Assembly: GCA_905178155.1 (NCBI GenBank)
Contig: CAJINV010000001.1
Span: forward strand, 3,735,706-3,799,705
Reading direction: 5' to 3'
Origin: Amoebophrya sp. A120
Taxonomy: Eukaryota > Protista > Dinoflagellata
DNA: 64,000 nucleotides
In this document: positions 48,227 through 59,040 of the stretch, piece by piece
How positions within the stretch are numbered: the stretch's first letter is position 1
How the letters are laid out: each line of letters opens with the position of its first letter
The notes under the pieces: generated by a model
Told to the model about the DNA's origin: nothing
Seen by the model: only the letters and a program-made list of their open reading frames with translations
Databases searched by the model: none
Translations under genes and position numbers: made by a program

Positions 48227-49868
48227 CCACTTCTTCTGCCGAGGAAGATTATGTTGATCTACAACTCGGGGAAGTCGAAGTCGTTTCAGAAGTGACATGA
48301 ACGTCAGCAGTTGTACTTACGAATACGACCGTCGAGGATTTGGTGCAAGAGGAGGAACAAAATGTTGGCTGTTGCTGCAGAAGTACTTTTCAGCACGGAT
48401 TTTTTTCAAAATCTATATGACGTTTGACGAGGCACCGCCACAACACTTTTTGTTCTTTGGGAGCGCGCAGGAGTACAATACGGTTCTTGTTGGGACGATA
48501 TTATCATGGTAATCTACGACTTTTTAAGATCTACAAAGAAAACATCGATAGCGATGTAGAAGTCGGCAGCGGAACATCAAACAAGGGCTTCCACAACGGG
48601 GTGGAACAATCTTCAACTGTGAAGTTGCTAGATGTCGAGTTTGTTCTGCGATCTTTCTGAAAAAAACGAAACAACCATGGACGAAGATGTTTGTTCTGCA
48701 GAGGAAGTCAGGAGATCTGGCCGTTCTTCAGGCACCAGTGTTGAATTAACGATGTTCATCCACCCTTTGACCGAAGACTGTGACCGACCGGTAAGTTCTA
48801 AAATAGCACCTCTCTCACATGAAAAAGCCCAAAACTTTACTAATAGGGTCTTTCTACACGACCTACATCGTGCTCGTGCAATGTCCTTAGGAACTATGAC
48901 GTCATCTCTGCGATACATACTGTTACAACTACAGGGGGGCTGTAAACACGTAAAAAGGGCTATCGATGGCTGCTACGACAGTGGAAGTCTACTTCAGAAG
49001 AGGAAACGAAAATTAAGGGCCGTTTCATGCTTATGAGTGACGGATGTACAAGTTGAAGACCTCCGTAGTTCTCCACATTCGGGCACCACCACCACGTTTC
49101 GATGAGTAATCAGTAGTTTGAATTTAGTGCTAGTTCTTTTCACTTATCTCTGCCCGCTTTTTTGGGTATTTTTTTCAAAAGAAAACAATGTTCGCGCGTG
49201 CCTTTCTGTTGCGACGATAGAGAAGTGTCCGTGTTTCCGTTTCGATTGGGCCAGACAATCCCAGACGCAGCAGTAAACCTAAACGGGTTTGCGCGTCTTT
49301 CGGACACGGACTTCGCGAATTTTTTTAAGGATTTTCAGTTTTTGTCTTCTGGTTTGCAGCTACTGCCAGGGGGATACAACGACCTGGGGTACTCACGCGC
49401 GCTCGACAGTAACTGCGAAGTGCGAAGACCGGACCGAAAAAAGCCCCTCAATTCTACCGCACCTGCATCTCTTGCGAGCTGTGGTACCTGGTGCATGAGC
49501 CTGAGCGGCGACCTGATCCTCAGCACAGCAAATGAAGGCGCGACGTGGTCTAACGGGACCGGTGGAGGTAATAGATTGCGTCAACAGTGGCTGCACGGGG
49601 AAATCAATTTCTAGCTTGCGCCCGGAGTAAAAGTCGACCTCTTGAGCAGCTGCTGTCTCCGACGGGCGTTGAGGTTTTTGCTGATTGGGCAGCGAAATCT
49701 TCATACTTGCCTGATGAAGTAGAAATAAAGGCTGGCGGGCTCTTGTAAAACCGCTTTTCGTTTCGGTCGCCAATAAGGACGTCAACAACCAGTCGCCGCC
49801 GGGGCCACACAACTACGAGCAGTAAAGTAGTGGAAATACTGAACAGTACTAGCTACTCAGCCCGGCCA

Positions 49869-52797
49869 ATGCGCACGAATGCCAGTGTTGTCCCTTCCCA
49901 GACGCGCGCCGTAGTCCTTTCCTCACCCCCGCGACCGCGACAGTCCACCTCGGAGCAGATAAAGCCACCTGGCGGCGCGGATGACGAACAAGCTCCGAGT
50001 TCTTCTTACCAAGAGCAAAAAAGAAGAGGTTCCAACCGCCGAGCGGTCTACTCGCCCGGCTCACGAACGAGGGGAACTGCACTGCCGGAAGGCGAGGCGG
50101 GACCACCTTCCGGCAAGATGGCGAGCAGCTCGACATCGACTCGCGCTCAAAACCAATTCTCCAGCCCGTCGCCCCCCGTGGGCGGAGGTGGAAGTGGACC
50201 CACGACCGCCGGGTCGTCCACTGCGGGCGGCGCGACGTCCTCGTCCTCCTTGTCGAAGCAAAAGTGGGATAAGATGATCTCCCGGGGCCTCACCCGCCAG
50301 TTCCTGCAGGACAACAAAGAGACCTTCCTCCGCCGGGTCCGGCGCGGCATTCCCCCAGAATACCGCTGGACGGTGTGGCGTGCGGTGATAAACGACGGCG
50401 ACACGATCTTTGGCGGTTCACCAGGGAATGGTAATTCACCTAAGAATTCCACCTCTGTAGGAGCTGTTGACCCGGATAGGGATGGTGCTGCGATGAACAA
50501 TACTGGAGGAACCTCAACAAACCACAGAGCAAGCAATGGAACAACATCTTCAAACAAGACCAATTTTTCTACCGGACTGAACAAGAGCGGAACCACTACC
50601 ACCACCACGCCTAGTTCCGCGAGTAGTTCGATATCCAAGAAAAAAACTGTGTTAGTGTAACTATCTTTGGCTGGCAGCATCACAAATTTGCTCTACATGA
50701 CAGAGAAAATCTGTCATGCGTGGCTTGTAGGGAAAACACACATGAAAAGAGGACTTCATGGCTGTCTGGCATGACAGGCGTAACTCTGTTGCATGTTCTG
50801 CATTACAGAGTTACACTTACACAGTTTTTTTCTTGCATACTCGATGCAGTCCGTGCAGTGCCGGTCCAGTACGTACCAAAATCTGGTTGCGAAGGACAAT
50901 ATATCCTGTGCAAAAGTATCGCACTCGTATAAATGCAAGTCTTGCATTACAAATCTTTTTATTAAGGCGAATCCGCATTACAAATTCCATTTCTCATGCT
51001 AAGAAAATTTGTATTGCAATTTATACTAGTACGATACTTTTGCAATGCATACAATAAGTGGATTAGTCTGATCAAGATCGACATCTCGCGAACGTTCCCA
51101 GAAACCACAGCGTTCGACGATAGCCACCAGAATAAGCTGCTGCGAATACTCTCCGCGTACAGCAACTTCAACCTGGATGTGGGGTACTGTCAGGGCATGA
51201 ACTTCATCGCGGGTCTGCTACTTTTAGTGTCCGGGTCCCACGAGGAGGAAACCTTCTGGATGTTCGTTTCGCTCATGGAACTACGGGGCTTGAAGGGCTT
51301 CTACAAGGACAAGTTTCCCATGCTCAGGTATGATTTTATGCCTATACAAGGCAGATAAAATAAAGTTTGAGCTGCACCACCAATCAATTATCTGAATCTA
51401 TGGGATTAGTTCGAACTGCACCTTATCTGTCAGATTCGATTTTCGTCAGAACAATTCGGTGTGTACGTGCTCATGTGTTGACCAGCATGTAGTTGTTATA
51501 TGAATCCTATGCCATATCGATGAAAAACAGGGTCTACCTGAAGGCTTTTGACCGGCTGCTCGAGGAGGAGCTTCCGGAGCTGCGCAAGCACTTTCGCCAA
51601 GAGGGCGTTCAGCCTGCGGTCTACCTGCACCAGTGGTTTCTGACCCTGTACATCAACTGCCTTCCCCTCCAGACCGTGCTGGTGATCTGGGACGTGGTGG
51701 TCTGCGAGGGCCTGCATGTGTTGCTCTCCATAACGCTCAGCCTGTTGAAGGTGCTGCAATCCGTCCTGTTGAAATTGGAGTTCGAGGACATCGTGAAATT
51801 TTTCAAGACCATGAAGACCGGCGACGAGGTATCCTGAGTAAAAACGTACCCACACCAGAGTCAGGATGGGGAATCTGCTAGACAAATCCACAAGTTTTGG
51901 CTGTTTTGCATGACAAATCTGGATTCGTAGTGTAGTGCTGTTTGAGCTAGCTCAGCAGCATCACAGATCTAGCATACCATGCTGATTGGAGCATGACAAA
52001 TTGCAAAAGACGACTAGAAAATGCTTCTCATGGGGCTCCGCATGAGAAACATTCTCAGCATGCAGATTTGCATTACAACTCTGGCGTGGGTACGTTTTTA
52101 CTCAGGATACGAGGACTGCGACGCAACCATGATCGGGCAGCTGCTCATCCGGCAGTCGGCCAGGATTATGAAATGTAAAAATGTCTGGGTCTGGAAGAGT
52201 GCGAGGTTTGTCATGCACGTTTTGCATGAGCCATGATGTCTGTGATGCACACCCTAGCAATAGAGATCTTGTGAAGGCTTCTTGATGCCTATTCCGCATG
52301 ACAAGTGCCTTCTCAGCGTAGCAAAAATTGCATTCCCTTTGGTACTCATGCAATACAGATTTTTTTGGAATCCAAATGCAGCATCACAAGTTGCATTCTT
52401 CCAGACCCAGACATTTTTACACTTGATAAGGATCGAGCTCTCGCAAAAGGTGCTCACGATCATCAATCAGGAAAGCAGCGGGAACGACAACTTCACGGAC
52501 TTCGACGATTTTTTCGGCGGCGGGAACGAAGCGAGTGGTGCGCCGGCAGGGAACGAGACCGGTATAGAAATTATACAAGGATCATGTCGGTCTCGTCGTT
52601 GAGTTTTAGTTTTTAACTCGTCAATCTATCAAAACCCGTTTCTGTCAAAGCGACCTCACTTGGCATGTAAAACAGGCGACGCCGAGCTCTCATGGTTCGA
52701 AAAAATGGGGAAAGATCTAGCCACATTCTTCGAGCAGCCGTCTGAGCAGAAGCCCGCCGCTACTTCTGGTACCGCGACAGCATCGGGGCCGCCATGA
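49869..52797 (+). CDS. TBC-domain Rab GTPase-activating protein with four introners
   Basis: Motifs RRVRRGIPPEYRWTVW, IKIDISRTFP (IxxDxxR), VGYCQGMNFIAG (YxQ), QWFLTLY and VLVIWD. Start codon uncertain. Confidence 0.92.
50632..50839. mobile_element. Introner, singleton TIR family
   Basis: TATCCAAGAAAAAAACTGTGTTAGTGTAACT ... AGTTACACTTACACAGTTTTTTTCTTGCATA, flanked by ttcga/ctcga. Removing 213 nt keeps the frame. Confidence 0.88.
50902..51051. mobile_element. Introner family B (opposite orientation to the 40592 copy)
   Basis: TATCCTGTGCAAAAGTATCGCACTCGTATAAAT ... ATTTATACTAGTACGATACTTTTGCAATGCATA with a perfect caata repeat. Removal restores YQNLVAKDNKWISLIKIDISRTFP. Confidence 0.92.
51830..52109. 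mobile_element. Introner, singleton TIR family
   Basis: TATCCTGAGTAAAAACGTACCCACACCAGAGT ... ACTCTGGCGTGGGTACGTTTTTACTCAGGATA with a perfect cgagg repeat. It can be read as a GT-AG intron, 51829-52113. Confidence 0.92.
52167..52428. mobile_element. Introner family A
   Basis: TATGAAATGTAAAAATGTCTGGGTCTGGAAGA ... TCTTCCAGACCCAGACATTTTTACACTTGATA with a perfect aggat repeat. Removal gives QSARIELSQKVL. Confidence 0.92.
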
Positions 52798-53653
52798 CAG
52801 AAGTTCTGAGCGCGACAATTAAACCTGCTCTCCCGCTTTTTTCGTCATCTTTCAAGAACATCTTGAATGATGAGCTTGTTCTTGGTTCTTGATCTGCCCG
52901 CGGTTCGTTCGTTCATGGCAGGAGCTTTCAAAGAACCAAGAACACTGCGACAAACGGCCCTCTCAAAAAGCGACACAGCATACACCTAGCAAAAAGTACA
53001 ACACGAGGCGAGCAGAGCGGCAATCCTGTCGCGACTCTGCCACTTCCGCTGGTTTTGGAATTTCCCTTCCGGTGGCGATGTTCTTTGTTGGAGATGTAAA
53101 AAGTAATATGAGTAATGATCTCCTGCGACGGGATCGATTCATGCGACGTCGAACTTCATCAATGCGAGTCATTGGCAAAAACGGTTTCTATGGAAGATCA
53201 GGAAGTGAATTCCGGTCGCTACTCAGTAGTGTGTCGTGAAGTAAGAACTAGTGGCTTGTACAACCTCTTGCACTTCTCAAGAAAAGAACGGCTCGGTTTT
53301 GCACAGTCTCGGTACTTGTTCTGCAGCATTCGGTCGTGCTAGTCGGAAGTTGTCCATCTTCTGGTCAACGCCCTCTACCTAGGGTAAGTTCTTAGCTTGA
53401 TAGTGATCACCCCGTCTGAAACAAACTTCTACGACAGCACTCCTGCTTTCTTTGAAAGGATAGACCCTCCCGCAACTTGGATTCTACCCCTGAGTGAACC
53501 TCCTCATCGTCATCATCCCAACGATAATATCTAGACCTTACATGTACCAATTCTCTATTTTGTAGTCTGGTTTTACCTTCTACTTCTTCCTTCTAATCGC
53601 CGAGGAGAAGAAACTTCTGGCCTTTATCTATCATTTATTTTTATCAATTTTCA

Positions 53654-56203
53654 ATGCTAGGTAGTACAACGAAAACCATGACCCAGCCCCTCCCGACCCT
53701 TTTCCACGTGACGCGTGCCCAGAGATGGCAGAGCGAAGCGGACGTGGTCGCAGCCTTTTCTGCGGACGAAGTGCGCCTCGTTTTCGACGACCTCGGCCTG
53801 GAAGTTCGGTTTGTCGGTGGGCGACGCGAGATCCGCCGGCGGTCCTTCACCGATGAAGAATACGACCAGCTTGGGGCGCCGTCTCCAGCAGTTTCTGCCG
53901 CGCCCCGGGGGCGTGACGAGGAGCGGGCGGACGTCAAGCGCGGCGTTGCTGATGTTGACACGCCTGTTCCTATGGACGTCGGACGAGCTACCTTTACACG
54001 AACGGGAGGACGTGCAGCTCCCGCTTTCGCTCCCACAGCTCGGGCTCAACATTCCTCAATCGGCGGTAATGTTGGTGTTGCAGCCAACATGGACGAACAA
54101 ACAAATCACAGGACGTCGAGCGTCAACAGCACTAAAGCCGCCCGCAGTAGGAGCCTCGTGAGTTGGAAAAGCCAAGGTGGGAGAGCAGCGAGCAGCCGCA
54201 CAGATGAAATTGACTACAAGGTCTCGTCCCCGAAAAATGCCCACGCAGATGCGCGAAAACGGCCCGGCAGTGTGGGAAGTTGCAGTAGCTCTTCCTCGAC
54301 GTTAAATATGTTGAACAGGGGTACCTCTAAGAGTAATTCTCGCGGCAATATCCCGATCCCGAATCAAAATCCGCACAATTCTCGTGAAGATGAAGAGGAG
54401 GACGGTGCAGCACACCTTGGTCCCCTGCGAACAATCCCAACAGTGGAGATCCGAAATCTGCTGCTCAACTGCAAAAATAGTGCAGGAACAACTTCTGCGT
54501 CCTTCCGGCATGGCACCTACCATGCGCGGGACCACCGCAGCGCCGCGCCGCCGCAGCCGGTGCTGACGTTTGAGGACCATGCGGCGCAGAAACTGACGAA
54601 GATCGTGCGTGGGAAGCTGGTGCGCAACAGCGTGGAGCGGATGCGGCGCGAGATGCATCTTGCCGCGGCAAAGATCGCCGCCCTCTGGAAGAACAGCGCA
54701 CACATCCGCAGCATTGAGCGGATGCGCCGGCAGATCGAGGAGGAGGCCAGGCTTGCGGCCTCGGATATCGAGTCTGAGTTCCTCGAGCGCGCGTCCAACC
54801 GCAGCTTCAACAACCAGCGGGGTGGAGCGGCATCCGGCGGGACGAAATCCGCCTGCGACGAGCAGTCGAACAAGAGCTTTCTTTCCTCCGACTCGGAGGA
54901 CGAGGAGCAGGACGACCTGGGGGACATTGTGAACGAGCGTGTGACAAAAGCCGTGGAGAAGATCGTGGCGGTGCTGCGCGGGCACATGGACCGCACACAG
55001 ACGGCCCAGATGAAAATGGAAATGACCGACGCGGCGAACACGATCAAGGCCTACTTCCGCGGCGCGCGGGAGCGCGCGGAAGTCCGCCGGGTGCGGAAGG
55101 CGATGCACGAGGCCGCCTTCAAAATTCAGCAAGCTTACAAAGTGCAGAAGTCCGGCCGGGGGGGCATATTGTTGGGGCCGATTTTCGCGGACGGGGTGGA
55201 GGCGGCAAACGACGACGAAATCGATCTGCGAATGGCACCCGCTTTGCCAGAAAACTGCTCGGGCGGCTTGGTGGGGGAGAGGAACTTTTGTTCTTCTACG
55301 GTTCCTGCCGCGACCGATCTTCACCTTCACAGCGGGGGAACAACTTTTACACATTCGCGCAGAACGTCACGGTCCACAACGCAAATTATGAATGGTGCGA
55401 ACAATATCAATACTTTGGTGGAATATGTAAATTTGGTGGACCACGGCAAGGAGCTTGCAAGTGCAAGTGGTGTCGTGGTTGTTCCGACTTCATCTACAAC
55501 TACTTCTATCAGCACAACCACTGCGACCACCTCCGAGGACAACAAAACCGCAGCGCGCATTGACCGGGAGATCAACCGCGCGTGCGATAAGATCAGTCGC
55601 CAGCTCAGCCGGTTACACAACCTGCAGGCAACTTGTTCTAAGGACCCGAGCTCCTCCATCCCTGCCACGTCTGAGGATGACGACCAGACTTCGAAATCCT
55701 CTGCGGCCTCGAAGATGACGAAGCAACAGCGGAAGCAGGAGGCCCTAAACTCGGCGAAGCTGGAGATTATTCACGACGAGACCACGGCCGCCGCGTTGAA
55801 GATCGCGGCCTTCATTCGCGTATGCATTGCAAAAATGTCTGGGTCTGGAAACTTGTGATGCGAAAATGTGAATGATGAAAGCAGTTCTGAATGGACTGCA
55901 GCATAACAACTTTCCAGAACGCTTTCTGATGGGAAATCCGCATGAGAAACTGCGTTTTTGCATGTTGACAAAAGAGGCTGCGACTTTTGCTGGATATGCA
56001 ATACAGATTTCCTAGCAATGAAAAGCTAGCATTACAAGTTCCAACTTTCCAGACCCAGACATATTTGCAGTGGATATCGCGAGAGATCGAGAAAATCGCC
56101 TCAGCAGGTCCAGCGGGAGACGCAGTTGGTCAAAGAGGAGATCGGCGCCGCCGTGCGCCGCATCGACGAAGACTTCCAGCGCAGAAGGACGACTGCTGGG
56201 TAG
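53654..56203 (+). CDS. IQ-like motif / coiled-coil protein with one introner
   Basis: Repeated IQ-like segments (AAQKLTKIVRGKLVR, AVEKIVAVLRGHMDR, AANTIKAYFRGARER, AAFKIQQAYK). Removing 261 nt extends the frame to TAG at 56201. Confidence 0.7.
55821..56076. mobile_element. Introner family A
   Basis: TATGCATTGCAAAAATGTCTGGGTCTGGAAA ... TTTCCAGACCCAGACATATTTGCAGTGGATA with a perfect tcgcg repeat. Confidence 0.92.
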
Positions 56204-57285
56204 CTTTTGTGTAATATGATTGAGCAGCACTTGGAATTATTGCACTTCTTGGGAGTCTTAGTTACGCCTGTTGAGCGACGCGCGTCTATTGTACGACTTA
56301 ATAAAACCACTTCTACTCTTCATATCAAAATTTTTAGGATCGAAGTCTGTATTCGGAGCTAGTTTGTGGTTCTCGATTGCGTTCTCTCACGCATGAAACG
56401 GGAAAGGTAAAAATTTGTGTGGGAGACACGCATGCAAGTATGAACATGAATTATATGTAAAAGTAAGGAACGATTCCTGGTGGACTTGAAGTGCTTAGTA
56501 CTACACACGGAACTTTCTATTTTCCTCAGTTTCTACTTTTTTCTCGTAGTAGTACTACACAGAGGTGTGATCCATTTAGAGCAGAAGCGTCCAAAGCGAC
56601 ACGAGACGCAAATTTGACGCTTCGGCTCAGTATATGAAAGTAGCTATTTGTGCAGAAATAGTCTGCTTGTTCTAATGGACAAAAGAATTACTAAATTCGA
56701 ATTTCTGTCGCACAATTATGGGAATGTAGCAACTCAACTAACAGCATTGTGGCTTCATCTCGTGTCTTATGTCCTGGCTGTGGCGCTCCTGTGTTCTATG
56801 TGCCGTCCGTCTGCAGAAGCGAAGCGTCTTGAGATATGACCTGCGTGGACATCACAGAAAGCAAAGCGATCCTATTTCATGTAAAGCAATTCAGACGTCA
56901 ACATCGCCATTCTTGACGCAACAAGATCCCACTCAAGCGCACGACATATTGAAAACAAAGCGCAATTTCTCTTGCACGTGGAGGTGGCACCTCCAGCATG
57001 CACAAGCTCATCCTACTACGATCAATGAGTGACGAGTCCGTAGATGATCAAAGCTCGAGAATTTCATCTACAATTACGTAACTCGCCAGCGGTTTCTACA
57101 ACTTTTACCTACTAGTTTAGTGGCTCTAACGCGCACTTTTTTTCATTTTAGAACCACGAAGCAAAACTTGACTTTACGGATAGATACGGACGTGCACGAA
57201 GAAGTCGCTCGGGGCTTCTTCCCATTACGTCAACAGTACAGTTGTACATTGCTTTACGCTACCCCGAAGGAAAAAAGCATACAAA

Positions 57286-58394
57286 ATGAGTGACAGTCTG
57301 AAGCTTTCCATGCCTCATGAGAGGCCAAACCGCTCGATGGAGAACGAAAAGCTGCAGGGCCCGGTAAGCACACAAGTTTACGATGTTGCATAGTACTTGC
57401 TTGGGTTTACCATGAGTAGATATCGCTTTCTGGTTGAAAAATTAGCTCGAAATAAGGCCACTTAATTTTGTTTCGAGGAGTTCCTGATGAAGAACTTGTA
57501 ACTTTTTTTGCAGGTCGGGAATATCGGCAAGGCGGACCACCCTGTGCAGAAAATCCAGCTGCAGAGCACACGTGACAAGCTGAAGATGGAGGATAGGCTG
57601 GACACTGTTGTTTTCGGTAAAAAGAAGATATTGACAGGTTTCCTTTTGATGAAGTGGATGTTGTTTCCATTTTTCACCGCTCGCATACGCATGGTGAAAA
57701 TTCTGCCAAAGATGAAAATGAAAAAAAATGCAAATGAGATGTAAGGAACAAAAACTACACGACAGGATCTCACGTGAGCATGCGAAATCGAATGGAGAGG
57801 ACAATTATGGATTGCAAAAATGTCTGGGTCTGGAAGATTGCGAGATTTGTCATGCTTGCCTGGCATGACAAAAAAGTTTGTGATGCGTGTCCAAGAAGAG
57901 ACCCTGGTGCCTGTCATGCAAAAACGCAGTTTCTCATGCGAACAAAGCAACACAAAATAGCGCAGATATTTCTCATGCTTGGCTGTGCATTACAGAGCAC
58001 TCACTATTCCCAACATAGCATTACAAGTTTCCAGATCCAGACATTTTTACATTTCATGACAATGCTGGCCCAATACCAGCGGCTTCCCGGATTGCAGTCG
58101 AGCTTTGTCGGTCTCGAGGCGCATTTAGACCTGGACGAAACACTTGAGTAAGTTTTTGTTATTTATTGCTTTCCTCTTGACCGACTTGTCTCATGACAGG
58201 ATGTGCCTGCCACAGTTTCGCACTTATAACAAAGGGAGAGCAAGTTGAAAACTTTCAATCAAGAGGATCAAAATTTATGCAAAAAAATCAGATTCGAAGA
58301 CTTCCTGAACCGAAAAGACATGGCGCCAGTACCGGAAATGGGATTCCACCACACCATGCACGACGTCCTCGAGAACAAGTTGTACAACAAATAA
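57286..58394 (+). CDS. UMP1: Proteasome maturation factor UMP1/POMP (no single ORF in the track covers it; 3 GT-AG introns plus one introner)
   Basis: The spliced product reads ...DHPVQKIQ...VVFGSHVSMRNRMERTMLAQYQRLPGLQSSFVGLEAHLDLDETLEFEDFLN...HDVLENKLYNK*, matching the Ump1 pattern HP..G....R..MER..RLP.L.SS...DE...FED. Confidence 0.85.
57806..58058. mobile_element. Introner family A
   Basis: TATGGATTGCAAAAATGTCTGGGTCTGGAA ... TTCCAGATCCAGACATTTTTACATTTCATG with an acaat repeat. Removal restores MERTMLAQYQRLP. Confidence 0.9.
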
Positions 58395-59040
58395 ATAACC
58401 ACACAGAACTGCGCTCATCTCCCTTAGACACAAACATTTTTTGAAGAAATCCCCCGACCTGGATCAGACAGAAGTAAACAGACGACAAACATCAAAGAGC
58501 ACAGTAGCAAACTACGCTGTTCCTGTTTCGAAAACGAAATTTTTTATTGCTGCCTGTTTCAGCACGTGATGTTCCTCGGCGAGAAATGCAGTTGCTATGT
58601 ATGCGCAAAAGCGAATGACATGGCTTCATCTCAACAACATCGTCTGTGATCTCCGTTTTCGTTTCCTTAGTGTCATTAGAATGTCGTCGTCGAAATCGAG
58701 GAGAGCGCGCTTCTAGATGAGAGATCGGCATTGTGCTCGCTTTCGTTACTTCCTCGAAGCAGTCGTTTTCGCAATCGCAGTCGTTTCTATCAAAGGGAGG
58801 TGCATCTTCGTCTTCTCGGGCACCTCGAAGCAAGTTGTCGTTGTCGTTTTGTTCGCGAAAAAAAGAAGCAAAGGTGAAATCTACGTGAACTCATTTAGAA
58901 AGCAAGCGCAAAAAGGTAAAGAGTAAGTATCCACTCCGGGGGTGGAGAAGCACGTTGCATGTATGCTGTATTCTTAACCAAGTAGTAGAAAAGAATCTGA
59001 CCTCGAATCCCACACTGAGTCTGATCGTGCGGTGTGCGCA

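Noticed and set aside
48632-49614. ORFs 48632..49036 and 49162..49614 (likewise 4987..5214 and 11371..11682)
   Set aside because: No recognisable motifs or convincing exon structure. They may be real exons but are unsupported.
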